Assembly: GCF_963921235.1 (NCBI RefSeq)
Contig: NC_086097.1
Span: forward strand, 146,942,001 to 147,006,000
DNA: 64,000 nucleotides
DNA from: Mobula hypostoma
Taxonomy: Eukaryota
Direction: 5' to 3'
Below are positions 39,728 through 54,435 of this stretch, one piece after another. Numbering within the stretch: position 1 is the first letter of the stretch; every line of letters starts with the position of its first letter. Under the pieces are notes generated by a model that had not been told where the DNA came from, searched no databases, and worked only from the letters and a program-made list of their open reading frames with translations. The translations under genes and the position numbers were made by a program.

Positions 39728-41484
39728 CTGTCCATAAACAAAAAACAACTATATTCAGCATCACCTATAATCAGGATTTCTGAAGATTCACATACAGATG
39801 ACTATTTCCAACAAGACCAAATTCAAGAAGGATGTCACGGCAGAGATGGTAATTCAAAGAACCTTATTTCCTATAATACCTTTGCCATCTCCTTAAAACA
39901 GCACCAACAGTTAACATCCAAGATTTAATCCAGCTTTACACGATGACAAATCTGTACCCTATCTGTACTGTATCAACAGAACTGAGATGTTTCCTAGTGT
40001 TGTGTCGTGAAAACCTTATAGCACTCATACTGCAGCCTTCTTATAGGAATAGTTATCTGCCCATCGGTACACTACATGAGTCTAGAGTTGTGTAAAGCGA
40101 AAAAAAAAACAATTACACATGATATCAGATCAATATCCTGTTACATAACTATTTGTTTACTTTCAACGATCTACCAAGCAATTTTTAATGTAAAGAATGT
40201 AAAAAAAAAACAGAAAATAAACTTGAGCAGATACATCAAGAACAATAAGTAAAACAGGCAGCACTGGAAACACTCAGTAGGTCAGGTAGTATCTGAGGAA
40301 AGAGAAACAGGATTAAGTTTCACGAGATGTTGGGAAGCTGTTGAGAGTAAAACTGAGGAAATGTTAAATGTTGCAAAGAGGGTGGGGCGGGATGGATAGG
40401 ACAAGAGAAAATCTCTGTTGGGTGAGGACAGGTTTGTAGAGTTAATTCCCATGATTACTGAGCCATCTGGTTAATAAATTAATGAGTGTAGTTAAAGAGA
40501 GAAAGAACAAACAATAAGACAAGTAAAGCTGTGACCTGCTGAGTGTTTCCGCATTTTTCATTTTTAATTCTAAACACATATTAGCAGGAGATCAGGCAAT
40601 TAACTTTGTTCAAAGCAGTAATTGCTTCACAGTAGGTTCTGTTCTCCCTCCTCCTCTTTCCTCCAATGGAGGAATTAAGCCATTGGCCCATTGAGTCTGT
40701 TCCGACACTCAATCATGGCTGAACTTTTTCAACCCATTCTGCCACCTTCTCCTCATAACCCTTGAGATTCAAGATTGCTTAATGTCATTTCCAGTGCACA
40801 AGTGTAGAGGAGAATGAAATAATTGTTTTTCTTGAAGGAAATCAAGGAATATGGAGTTAGTATAGGACGAAAAAGGCGAAACTTTATTGTGAATCTACAA
40901 TGAGCTTCTAGTAATGCTGCCAGAGCTGGAAGGAACTGAAATCATGCTTACAGCAAACAGTAGAAGAAACAACTTTACAAAGCAAATTTTACTGCAGCAG
41001 TGCATCTAAAAGCAGCTGTCATTAGATTTGCCCTAGATACTTCATACATTGCTGGAAGTAGGAACTAACAACAGTGAGGCAAATGAAACAGGACATCTGC
41101 CACTTGATGTGCAGTATAGCTTGTGAAATTAAATGAACAAGGAATATGCAAAAACAGAGAAGGAGAAAAAATTAAAGGGGATAACTTCAGGAACTAAAAG
41201 AGCAAAAGAAAAAGGTTAAAATAAAAACTGATATATAGTAGCAATGCTACTCCCAGATAGAAGGGACAATGGATAAACCTACTGTCAGGCAAGCCAGATG
41301 GCCAATTTGTGCTAAGTAAAATTGATTTTATGCCCATGATTTGCTTGTTAGTATTCCTCACTTATAGAAATTACCTTATTTAGCCTGGGAGAAACTGCTA
41401 TTATTTCTGATGAGTTGTCTCCCTAGTATTTAACAGACCTCTGCACAACAAACTATTGTGACCCCAAACATTTGTCCTCACCGT

Positions 41485-43155
41485 GTTCAAAGTTCAAAGT
41501 ACATATAGTTATTGTACGACTCTGAGATTTGTTTTCTTGCGGGCATACTCAATAAATTCAATAGGATCAATGAAAGACCACACCAGCAGGGCAGACCACC
41601 AGTGTGCGAAAGACAACAAACTGTGCAAATATAAAAAGAAACTTTAAAAAAGAAATAATAATGACAATAAAAATAATAAATAGATAAGCAATAAGTATCA
41701 AGAGCATGAGGCGAAGAATACTCGAAAATAAGTTCATAGGTTGTGGAAATATTTCAGTGATGAGGCGAGTGAAGTCATCCCCTCTGGTTCAAGTGCCTGA
41801 TGATTGAGTGGTAATAACTGTTCCTGAACCTGTTAGTTGTCTTGAGGCTCCCGTACCATCTTCCTGATAGCAGCAAAGAGAAGAGAGCCTGATCTGGGTG
41901 GCAGGGGTCCCTGATGATGGATATTGTTTATATACCCGTAATGGACTGGCCCATCTCCACCACTTTTTGTAGGATTCTCTGTTCAAGGACACTGGTGCTT
42001 CCAAACGAGGCTGTGACGCAGCCAGTCAATATACTCTCTACCACGCATCAATAGTTCATCAAAGTTTTAGATGTTATGCCAAATCTTTCACTTATACTTA
42101 ATTTATTGTGTAATTGAGCAACTCTAGTATCAATTTTCTGGATGTCTGCACAACTGCATATTTTATGTTTGCCTGAATTTACTTTACCATTTATACAAAC
42201 CAATTAACATCAGTGCCTTTGGGTGGAAAATCCTACAAAAGGTAGTGGATTCAGCCAAGTACATCATGGGTAAAACCCTCCCATACATTGAGCACATCTA
42301 CATGAAATATTGCTGTAGAAAAGCAGAATTCATCATCAAAGCTCCTCCCCACCCAAGATGCTTGCTCTTTTCTCATTTCTGCTATCAGGTAGAAGGTACA
42401 GGTGCATCAGGACTCGCACCACCAGGTTCAGGATCAGTTACTACCCCTCAACCATCAGGCTCTTGAACAAAAGGGGATAACGTTACTCATTCTATTTCTG
42501 TTGTTCCCACAACCAATGATCTCACTTCAATGACTCTTTATCTTGTTATTTCATGCTGTCGTTATTTATTTCTATTTATCTATATTTGCATTTGTTGTTC
42601 ATTGATCCTGTTTACAGATGCAGTTCTATAGATTTGCTTAGTACGCCTGCAGATAAAGAACCTCCGAGTTTTATGTGGCGACATGGATGTACCTTGATAA
42701 TAAATTTTACTTTGAACTTTAAACAGCATGTATTATTTAAACAACAAATTCTCATTCACTATCTTTCAATACCTCTAATTGAACCTCTAATTCATTACTT
42801 TAATAGGTACTTTAATGTCAGAGAAAGGTATACAATAAACCTCCTGAAATTCTTTTTCTTTGCAAACATCCACGAAAACAGAGGAGTGCCCCAAAGAATG
42901 AATGACAATTAAATGTTAGAACCCTAAGGCACCCCAACTCCCCCTCCCACACATAAGTAGCAGCAAAGCAACGATCCCCCACTCCCACCAACAAAAAAAG
43001 CATCAACACCCCCTACCAAACACTCAAGCGTGCAGCAAAATAACAATAAAGACACAGACTTGCAGTATGCCAAACACTACTTATTCACCCGGTATTCGAC
43101 ATACCACAGGTTATCTCTCTCCCTAATAAAGGAAAAAGAGGTGTCCCCGTACTTG
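41485..43155. mobile_element. Cluster of LINE 3'-end fragments (41485-42090 minus, 42225-42720 plus, 42805-43155 minus)
   Basis: Same 3' ORF/UTR words as 10700-11395 (ttactacccctcaaccatcaggctcttgaac; tttactttgaactttg). Confidence 0.65.
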
Positions 43156-46100
43156 GATATAAACATAAGAAAGAAAGAAAGACTTTAGGATAAATCAGAA
43201 ATGGCCAAAAGATATTCCATTCTCTGATTGGCTTTATTATTTGGTAGGCAAAAGTGGCATTCAATATGAGAACTGGAATATCTTGTGAATAGATAGAAAA
43301 TGAACAGCAGTCAATTGGTTCCCTTTCTCTGGTGTTAGTTGAGGAGCGCAGACTGGCCGCGGGAAGAGGGAACTCACCTAAAGCGCGGGATGCACCTGGA
43401 TAGATAGACAATTCCATAGTCCAATGTTTCGTCTAAAGGACCTCACTCATGACTAAGAAACAATCTTTCAAGCTCTTTAGTTTGTGAATTGAATTTTGCA
43501 GTTTTTTTTAATATATACAGATTTTTCTTTTTCTAAGGTTTCTATAATTAAGCAGTAAAACACTCTCTCTTTGTAAATGAAAGCTGTCTGTGATAAAGTA
43601 CTGGCTGCAAACCTACCCAGAGGCGATTGAGTTACCTATTCAGCAGTGCTGATATACATAACAATAGATTGTCATGTTTTCTATGTTAGAAGTTTCTATT
43701 ATGGTTTGATGTTCTTTGATTCTGAGAAGAGCAAGAAATAAGCTGCACTATTTTCATTGTGATATGAATAATAGGTTATTTCATGGCACAGTAGATTATT
43801 AGAGTGTTTGACAACAACTAACTCCTAGGCATTTCACAGATGAATACATCTGCTGTGAAAACATTTCATATTGGAATTATGGAGGAAGCAAATGGAAACA
43901 CAAAAGGAAACCAAATTATTGAAATATGGAATGGTTTGTACTTGATACTGCCATAAGATATTTAAAAGTTCTCTGGAAGTTTAATCACTTTTGCAACATA
44001 CTATATGAAACACAGCAGCCAACTGGCACACAGCATGAATCCGTAAAGAAATAAGACAGTAGCCAGATCTAGTATTAGTGCTATCAGAGGACAGAGGAAT
44101 ATGTATTGCCAAAATTACCAAGAGGACTTACCTGTAGCTACTTTTCTCTCAGTAATATTACAAATTATTTTAATTTCACTAGAAAGCACGGTTGAACTTT
44201 AGTTTAATGTTTCAACAAAAGGAACAAATTAATATTTCAATATATGTACAGTGGTTTGTGCCATATGTGACATAGAGTTGGAAATTTACTATCGACAGGC
44301 TCATTATCAATGAGGTGTCATAGGGTTTACTTAGTAACTTTTCAATTCTATTTTAGTGCAGACTGAAGTTTAAAGTTCAAACAAAATTTACTACCAGAGC
44401 ACATACATGTCACCACATACAACCTTGAGATTTTTTTCTGCAGGCATACTTAGCAAATCTATAGAACAGTAACTGTAAACACCAGGAACTGTTAACTGTA
44501 AACAAACTGTATAAGTGCAGATTGACACAAAAGTGCATGTTCTCCTGGTCCATATGAGTTTATGGCTTACTCCACAGTATACTTACAAGAAGAACCTGCC
44601 TCTCATTTTTTTGCACTACCTTACTTTCCCTTTTCTATTTATGATTTATAAGTTACATTTTTAATATTTACTATCGATTTGTAATCCAGGGAGCGCAAAG
44701 CGCAGAATCAAATATTGCTGTGATGATTGTATGCTCTGGTATCAATTGTTTGGCAACGATAAAGTAAAGTAAAGCAAAGAATCCAATATACTACCAATAC
44801 CATTGTTTCCTGCTACTTCAGCGGCATTTTGCCATTTGAACAGGCAGTATTCTAGAGTCTCAAAGTAACAAGGGCAAGGGACAGCATTTTTCTTTATCTA
44901 TTGAAATCCTCTTTCATCCTTTTAAGTAAAGGTTTCTCTCCTCCAATTTACTCATAGCCACTCTCCCATTTTCCACCCTTCACCTAACCACTTGTCCCAT
45001 GCTTTATGTAGGCTGGTGTCAACTTTTGTTTCATAATGATCAGTTGGATGCTTTGTTATGGTAAAGGTACAATGTAAGGCTAAGTAGAAATGCTATGGCT
45101 TCAAGCCCTGCTTTGAATCCTTCACAAGCTCAGAAATTGAGCAGTGTCCATGTAGAAGCAATACATGATCGTGTGCTGCCAACAAACATTGTATTTGAGG
45201 GGCTGCTGTGCCAATATTCACTGTAGAGGAGGCCCAGGTGTTAGCGTGCTACAGGCTTAACACAATGAAGGGTCTATGGAGAGAGAAATAGAATTCAAGT
45301 ACCAAGCCAATGATCTAAAGCTCAATTTCCAAATCTTTCCACCTAATACCTGACCAGCTGAATATTGCCAATATTTTCAGCTTTTATATTAAATTTCCAC
45401 CTACTTAGTTCCAATCGCAAAGATTAGAAACTCCCTTTGGACAATACTATGTGATAGGACAAAGGGCAATCTGTGCATCTGCGCATAAAATTAATGGGAT
45501 CAAAGGAAATTTGTGAATTACTACCTTGGAGTAATATAAGGGCACTTAATTAGTTCAGTATCTATCAGTGATGGAAAAGGAGAAATTCAATGGATTGATA
45601 TCAATTAATCATTATATTCCTCTATTAATTTACCTTTTACTTATTTTCTTCTGTCTCTGAATAAAATTAGGAATATCCATGATTTTCCAATCATTATCTA
45701 CAACATACCAAATAGCAGATTTTGCCAGACTTCAAATTTTTGGAAATTAGTTTATTTCTTTACAAGGGAGAGATTCCTGTCAAAGTTTTAGTTTGAGATC
45801 ATTTTTTTTAACTTTATTTTGGAGAACTAAATGCCATAATACCATGGAATTGTAGAGCACAGAAACGGGTGTTTTCAGCCTACCAGCTGTGATGTCTATC
45901 TATACCAATCTCATTTGCCTTTCCTTCTTTCCCTTTCCAAGTGCCTTTTTATCATTGTAATAGTATCTGCCTCCAGGACCTACGGTGGCAGTTTATCCAG
46001 ATAACCACCTGTGTGTTTAACTCCTTAGATCTCCTTTATATTTGTCCACATTCACTTTAAACCTGTATCCTCTGGCTTGAGATACAATAAGTATCTTTAT

Positions 46101-48763
46101 ACTTTATTGTCACTAAACAATTGACACTAGAACGTACAATCATCACAGCGATATTTGATCCTGCACTTCCCACTCCCTGGATTACAAATATTAAATATTA
46201 AAAAATATTAAAAATAGTAAAAATTAGTAAATATTAAAATTTTAAATTATAAATCATAAATAGAAAATTTAATTATCTTGGAGAAAACACTCTGATTATC
46301 CATCCTGTCCACAGCCCTCATAGTTTTGTAACCCTCTATAAGGTCACCCCTCAGCCTCCTACGTTACAACGAGAATAAATCCAGCCTATCCAATCTCTCT
46401 CTCCTTCTACTACAGTCCTCAATTATAGGCAATACCCCTGTGAATCTCTCTTCTGCACCCTCTCTCTATTCCTACCACATCCATTTGGCAGCCAGAACTA
46501 TACACAATATCCTACAACAGGACATCTCAGCTTTTACATTCAATGCACTGGACTATGAAAGGAAGTAGATCAATTGTATTCTTCACTACCCTATGTATCT
46601 GTGACTCCATTTTCAGACAGCCATGTACTCCAAGATCTACCTGTTTATTTAGTCAGTTCTCCTATGCATGTTGTATTTGAATTGATCTATGAAATTAAGG
46701 ATGTAAAATTTACTTACACTCCATCACATACTGAAACTCCTACTCCAGAAGTAGTAGCTTTACTATCCCAAATTTGTTTCAAGTTAAACTCATTGAGCTG
46801 TCATCCTATTCATGTGAATGTGCCCTATCTGATTTCTGGCTGTTGGGAAACACAGTATGTAACTAAAGAACGATTAAGAAGAAAGCCCTTAACTCTGAGT
46901 GGAGTCACCGGAATGCCATCATGACGGGGTTTTTTTTTTAGCAGGCTTTCTTATTCTTACAAGGCTGAGTTGCTAGTTCAACGCTCAACCCAGCATGGAT
47001 GGAAAGCGTACAAGGGAACCAGCTGGATTCGAACTCGTGAGCCTTCATTCTGAAGTCCGGCATTGATGCCGCTACACCACCAACTGGCTTAGGTAACTAA
47101 ATATGTGTTACAAATTTTGCAGTTCTTTACATGATATTCTTTTGTTTAATAATGTCACTACATTAAATATAGTAGAACCTATTTCAAGAACGCTTCACCT
47201 CAAAACTGGACAGAGGGTTGGTGTGACACCTTCAGACACGTAGTATTCTCATTGAGTTTCAAGTTCATTCCAATTTCTATGTCATTCTAACCTGAAATAT
47301 CTTGTTGCTTCTTCATTTTCAAGAGATCAAATCTACAGTATCACTCTTTACCTAAAAGTCCTATGCAAATTTAAGATAGTGGCTTTCCATCATCTTAAAG
47401 GGCAACTATTGAGGGAAATAAATACTCACATTTGTCAGTTGTACCACCCCCCCAACATATCTAGAGTAGTGTACTGCATATATTATACTTACCAAAGTTA
47501 TAGACCCAACTTTATATGTGATTACAGCTAGTTAAAAGTGAGAGAGATTCAGACTAGTTTTAATCCATCTTCATCTGGGGGTTCTGTCATGGTACATATG
47601 TCCTTATTTGGACATTACTCAAAAAACTCACGATGAAGTGAAAATCTATGAAACGTTTGAAAAACGGTAAAATGAAGGAAATTTCTGGTAACAAGTTGAG
47701 ATCTCTGCCACAGTCTGCAGTGGAGGCCAAGTCTGTAGGTATATTTAAGGTAGAAGTTGATTGTTTCCCGATTGGTCAGGGCATCAAAGGATACAGCGAG
47801 AAGGCAGGTGAAATGGGGTTGAATGGGATCTGGGATCAGCCATGATGGAATGGTGGAGTAGACTCAATGGGCTGAATGGCCTAATTCTGCTCTTATATAT
47901 AGAATAGCAAAGCAGAGGGAAGTCTATTGCAGCAACTTTGGTTCAATGGTTAGAAATTTTGGTTCTTAGATTATCGTGGGAAATCCCATACCTGAAATTT
48001 AAATGCAAAAATCCAGGCTGATACTTAGGTAACATTCTGAAACAACTGGATGTGCTGTCTTAGAATGATTAAACTTGAGGCCCTCCCTACTGTCTTAATT
48101 TAACACACACACATATATAAGTTTAAAATTTTAAAAAACATAGTCGTCTTCCCTTGGTACTGGATGTAATTTACCTCTTAACCGGAATTAAAAATAAATT
48201 ATCTAGTCATTACCATATTGCTATTTCTGGTATCCAGCTCTATATGAGACATTTCCCTCCCAGATTGATTACATTTCTAAACAGGACAAAGTTAGTTGTA
48301 AGAAAAAGCTTTGGACTGTCTGGATATCTCTTCGTTTCATTTGAATATGTAGAGTTTGTGATAATTTAATAATTATAGAAACATAGAAAGCCTACAGCAC
48401 AATACAGGCCCTTCAGACCACAAAGCTGTGCTGCACATGTCCTAATCTTAGAATTTACCTACGGTTACCCATAGCTCCATGTACCTATCCAGAAGTCTCT
48501 TAAACGACCCTATCATATCCACCTCCACCACTGTCATCATATTTTTGTTTGTGAAATCATGCTGTACATAAATTGACAGTCAAACTTCCTATGTTGTACC
48601 AATAACCACCACAGGTTTTCACATCTGGGAGTTCTCAAGGTTGACAAAGGCACTACATTAATGTAAATGTGTCTTTCAGAAATCTTAACACACATCATTT
48701 CCTGACTAACCTCCATAACAACCAAACCCCAGTACTCTATGAACTGTGGCATAATTCTCTTCC

Positions 48764-51700
48764 TTCTCAATCACCCAAATTAAAGAGATGGTTGCAGGGC
48801 GCCTCCTGGTAGCAGATATCAAATACCAGGGCACTCCGCTCCGGCTAATCAATGTGTGCGCCTCCCCCGTGCGGAGCGAGTGGCTGGCTGTCTTCGAGCA
48901 GCTCCCACAGCTGCTGGTGACGTCCCAGCTGGTCGTTCTGGCCAGAGACTTCAATTGCACCATTGATGTGGCTGGACGATCCGGCAGTGCTGATGGTAGG
49001 CTGGACAGTACCTCCAGACTCCTGAGGGAAACGGTGAAGACAGCCATGCTGCGCGACGCCTTTGGCACCCCCACAGGTGGAGCACAGTCACAAGCCACCT
49101 GGACACGATCGGACGGCTCGGCCCGATCCTGGATCGACTTCCTCTTCCTCTCAGAGTCCCTCACGGTCAGGTCCACCGACGTCAAACCGGTGTTCTTCTC
49201 TGACCACTGCCTTCTGCGAGCCACCTGTCACTTACGGGAGGAACGGAAGGCAGGCAGGGGAACATAGAAGCTGAACGTAAAGCTGCTGACCCCAGAGAAC
49301 ATCGAGGAACTAGAGAGGGAGTACACAGGTTGGAGAACCTTGAAAGCCTTCTTTGATTCCCTGGTTCACTGGTGGGGAGCCACCAAGGAGAACATTAAAA
49401 GGTTCTTCATTCGCAAGGGTATCCAGAAAGCAAGGCAGGAGCAGAGGGAACTGTGTAAACTCCAGACAGAGTTGCAGCAACTCCTCCTTCTGCAGTCGAA
49501 GGGGGTGGATGTCAGGGAGGAATTGCGAGAGGTGAAGGGCCGGCAAGCCCAGCACCTCACCGCCGAATCCTCCAAGATCCTCTTCCGATCAAGGGTCCAA
49601 ACCGTGGAGCAGGACGAGACGTGCTCACGCCTCTTCTTCCAAAAGGTGCACAGGGGGAGCTCTGTGATCCACAACCTTAAGGAGGAGGACGGCTCAGTCA
49701 TGTCCTCACAGACCGACATACTGAGGATCTACAGGTCCTTCTATGCCGGTCTGAACGACGAAAAGGCCACAGAATCCACAGCCTCCCGCAACTTCCTGTC
49801 GCCTACCAGGCAGGTCTTAGACGACGGCAAGCGGGAGAGTCTGGATCAGCCACTGACCCTGGACGAACTGACAGGCTCCATCCGTTCCTTTGGGTCGAGT
49901 AAGACTCTCAGAAGCGACGGCTTACCGACTGAGTTGTACTCGGCTCTGTGGAACTGGATGGGCCCAGAATTGCTGGAAGTGTACAACGCTATGCTTCTAG
50001 CTGACTGCATGTCAGAGTCCATGAGGAAGAGCATCATCACCCTCACCTACAAGCAGAACAGGGAAAAGGAGAACGTTAGGAATTGGAGGCCCATCTCTCT
50101 CCTGAATGTGGATTACAAGATCCCATCCAAGGCTATCACCAACAGGGTCAAGTCTGCTCTGGGACAGGCGATCCACCCGGACCAAACCTGTGCTGTACCG
50201 GGCAGGAAGATCTCGGACAGCCTCGCGCTGCTGAGGGACACCATCGCCTACGTGCAGGACAGGGGGCTGATCGCCTGCCTAGGCAGCTTGGACCAGGAGA
50301 AAGCCTTCGACCAGATATCGCACACGTACATGGCAGATGTGCTCTCCAAAATGGGATTTGGGGAGGAAATCCGGAATTGGATCAGACTGCTCTACACAGA
50401 CATCTGTAGTGCAGTCCAGGTCAACTGTGGGAAACAGACAGCTTCCCCATCAGGTCTGGGGTTAGGCAGGGCTGTTCCCTCTCCCCTGTCTTGTTTGTCT
50501 GCTGCATAGAACCCTTTGCGGAAGCCATCAGGCGGGATGAGGGCATAAGAGGGGTGACGCTGCCAGGCAGTGGAGGGACCCAAGTGAAAACCTCCCTGTA
50601 CATGGACAATGCCACCATCTTCTGCTCTGATCCGAGGTCAGTTCACAGGCTGATTGGCATCTGCGAACAGTTTGAACTAGTGTCGGGGGCCAGGGTCAAC
50701 CGCACGAAGAGCGAAGCCATGCTCTTCGGCAACTGGCCCGACTGATCCAGTGTCCCCTTCACCATCAGGTTTGATCACGTGAAAGTGTTAGGGATCTGGC
50801 TCGGAGGGGCCGAGGCATGCAACAAGAACTGGCAGGAGCGGACTGCCAAGGTGAAACAGAAACTGGTTCTGTGGGGAGGGCGTTCCCTATTGATAACGGT
50901 CAAGAACCTGGTCGTCAGGTGTGAGGTGCTCTCAGGGCTGCTGTACTTGGCGCAGGTGTGGCCCGTTCCCCGCTCCTACAGCTTGGAAATCACCCGAGCT
51001 GTCTTCAGATTCATCTGGGGATCCAAGATGGAGCGGGTCAGACGGACTGTCATGCACAAGTCCCTGGACAATGGAGGCAAGAACATCCCCAATGTCGCCT
51101 TCACCCTGATGGCCAGCTTCGTGTATGGCTGCATCAGGTTGTGTGTAGAACCCAGGTATGTGGGCACCAAGTACCACCATATGTCCAGGTTCTACCTGTC
51201 GCCCTGGCTACGAAGGATGGGTCTGGCCCCACTCCCACGCAACGCCCCAGTCAGCTGGTCATTGCCGCCATACCTGTCCTTTGTGGAAAAGTTCTTCCAG
51301 GAAAACGCCTTTGAACACAGGGCCATCAGGCAGTGGTTGGCATGTAATGTCCTGCAGGCGCTGCAGGAGAAGGACGTGATGGACACAGTGGGGTGGTTCT
51401 CGGAGCAGACCATCCAGTTCATCTGGCAAAATATCTCATTGCTAGACCTCACCAACAGGCACCAGGACCTCGCCTGGCTGGCGATGAGAGGGGCCCTCCC
51501 AGTCAGATCCCTCCTGTACGTCCAGAATATTGTCTCCACACCCCGCTGCCCATGGGAGGACTGCAGTGAGGAGGAGTCTGTGACCCACCTCTTTGCACAC
51601 TGTCAGTTCGCAGAGAGGGTGTGGAGGAGGATGGACGGGCTAGTGTCACGTTTCATCCCCAGCAGCTGCGTAACAGAGGACTCTCTGATCTACGGGCTGT

Positions 51701-52151
51701 TCCCGGGGACGCACACGGAGACCAACATCCGGTGCTGCTGGCAGATCATCAACTCGGTGAAAGATGCTCTTTGGTCGGCCCGAAACTTGATGATCTACCA
51801 GCACATGCAGATGTCCGTGGGAGAATGCTGCCGACTGGCACATTCTCGGCTGCAGGAGTACGTGCTGAGGGACGCACTGAAACTTGATGCAGCCACCGCA
51901 AGGACCCGGTGGGGAAGGACCACTGTTTAGGGTTCTTCTCCCACGGGAGTGGGAGGGGTCGGGGGCGGGGAGTATACCCCTCATCAATGGTGTGGAAAGA
52001 GGAAACAACAGAGCGCCACGTGGGTGGCTACGAGTGTGGAGATGTAAAGCCCGTAATGGAAACATCTGTAAAGTATTGAAAGTCAGTCATTGAATGGTTT
52101 ACTGTACATAAGTTTATTTTTAAATAAAGTATATTTTGAAATAAAAAAAAA
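48764..52151 (+). mobile_element. Tx1-clade LINE, 5'-truncated, with poly(A) and 11-bp TSD AATTCTCTTCC
   Basis: Endonuclease (DFNC, IDFLF, FSDH), RT (NWRPISLLNVDYK, LDQEKAFD, YMDN) and C-terminal CxxxxC..ESVTHLFAHC. AATAAA plus A-tail. TSD at 48753-48763 and 52152-52162. Few disablements. Confidence 0.95.
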
Positions 52152-53489
52152 AATTCTCTTCCATGTTTATGACTACCAGAGTGATAAAGTTCCGATGAAG
52201 GATCATTGACCCAGCATGTTAACTCTGATTCTCTCTCCACGGATGCCACTTGATCTGCTATGTATCTTCAGCAGTCTCTTTTCTATATCAGATAGTCTAT
52301 TTCTTTATCTGCAGCATGAATAATGGTCCAACTGGAGCAGAGTTCTTCATTAACCTACATTCATGTAGTGAAGCCTCATTCATAATGGGCATTGCCCCAA
52401 AATTTAGGGAGAAGTAAGAGTTGCATTTCTGTACTCATTGTACCTGTGTCAAAATGTACAAAATATTGTGAAACTATTTCTTACTAGATCTCTCATAGCT
52501 TTGCTCATTATTTATCACAGAATGCCTTAAGTTAAAATAACATGCTATATATGCCTGATGCAGAGCTGTATTCTATTCTTAATATGTTGCTGTGGACTGC
52601 CCTTTTAGTTAAATTGTGACAAGTAGAAACACATTAAGCTCACTTTGAGTCAGTGGGCTGGATTATACCAGATCTAGTTCACTGAACAATGAGCAATACC
52701 CGCCCACCCAGACTTGTAGAAAGCCAAACAAGATAACATTCACACCTCAGAGAATACAACCATGTTTAGCACTGTCTAAAGCTTTAAAAAGCTTTTATAT
52801 ATGATATAGCAATTTGATAATGATTCATATAGACATAAATATTCAAAAGAATCAAATATTCAGATTAAAAGCACTCTAAACACCTGATGTCTAAAAATAC
52901 TTCAAATAATTCAAGCACTTTACCTGCACATAGCTTAGTGACCCATTACAAATGAATGGGGTTATATTCGCGAGCCAGTGATTTCTGGCACTGAGGACAA
53001 GATACAGATTGCAAAATGTCAGTTCCCTTCTACTTAGTGAGCTAAGTGGTCAGTACATCAGTGAAGCAGGAGTTCAGATGCACATTCTTGTAACCTCCAT
53101 GTCACCTTGAAGTTCCACTTTGGTTAATTATGCATAGAAGTCTGAAACAGGATGAGCCATGAATGAAAAATGGCTGACAGCCAATGGTTCCATAGGGAAC
53201 AATATATTGTCAGTCAGCTCATTCCAGCCTATTTAGTGCACTGATCAAAAGAAATTGTTGTATTTGTGTTAGACCACAAGCAAAACTATAACCATTATTT
53301 AGTTAAGCAAATACAACTGCCAATTTTTGAATTGAAGCTCTCTTAAACAGTAGTGAGTTTGTGACCAGTTAACTCATTTTGGTGATATTTGATGCATGAG
53401 TTAAACACATGAGCAGAAAATTTTGAAAAGAAAGAGTTGCATCCGCCTTCACCTATGCTAGGTCTAAACTCCCTACCCCATAAAAGACC

Positions 53490-54435
53490 CTAAGGCCATA
53501 AATTGTAAGAGCAGAATTAGGCTATTCTGCCCAGCAAGTCTGCTCCAACGTTTTTTCAACCCTGTTCTCCCACCTCCTCCCCATAACCCTTAACCCTCTT
53601 ACCAATAAAGAGCCCATCAATTGCTGCCTTAAAGTCACCAAAATACTTGGCTTCCACAGCCCTCTGTGGCAACAGATTCCACAGATTCATTCCCCTCCAG
53701 CTGAAGAAATTCCTCCACATCTCAGTTTTACAGGGCTGTCCCTTTATCCTGGGGATCTGCCCTCCAAACCTAGACTTTCCTACTAATGAAAATATCCCTT
53801 CTGTGCCCACTTTATCCCTGTCTTTCAGTATTCTCATAATGATTTAATGAAAGAGAGAGCACTACAACACAGAATCAGTCCCTTCAGCCCATCTAGTCCA
53901 TGCCTAATTCCATCAACCTGCACCTGGACAATAGGCCTATAGGCCTCCATACTACTTCCATCTACGTAATTTTCCAAACTTCTGCTAAATGCTGCAATCG
54001 AATCCAAATCCAACACTCCCTCTGGCAGCTCACCTTCCATGAAAGAGAGGCCAGTGATCTAAAAATCTGAAGACCTCTGTCCTGTGGAGCAAACCCTTGA
54101 GGTTTGGCCCTTTAACTTAGCTCCTAGCTCTCTAAGCTCACTTTGCAGGACCTTGTCATCTTTCCTGCCTATGTCATTGGTACTGACATGGACCATGATC
54201 TCTGGCTGCTCATCCTCCCACTTAAGAATACTATGGACTTGATCCAAGATGTTTCTGACCCTCGCACCTGGGAGGCAACATACCATTCGGGAATCTATGG
54301 AACATTCTATCTGTTCCCTTAATGAATGAAACCACCGCCACTATTACTCGCCTCCTCTGCCCCTTCCCTTCTGAGTCACAGAGTCAGACTCAGTGCCAGA
54401 GACCAAAAGACAATATACTTGTTATTGAGGGAAAT
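53490..54435 (-). mobile_element. CR1 fragments (3' end and ORF1 esterase piece)
   Basis: RNFFSWRGMNLWN and MVCCLPGARV...VHVSTNDIG. Confidence 0.8.

Noticed and set aside
43150..43281. Minus-strand segment DIPVLILNATFAYQ...WNIFWPFLIYPKVFLS resembling TMEM132 PVLNASY/KVYLS
   Set aside because: Weak AAG acceptor and no clear donor, and those motifs are already covered by the 58 kb and 39.7 kb exons; probably coincidence.
46718..46838. Segment between a CAG acceptor and a GTAAGT donor on the minus strand
   Set aside because: Stops in all three frames and no recognisable similarity.
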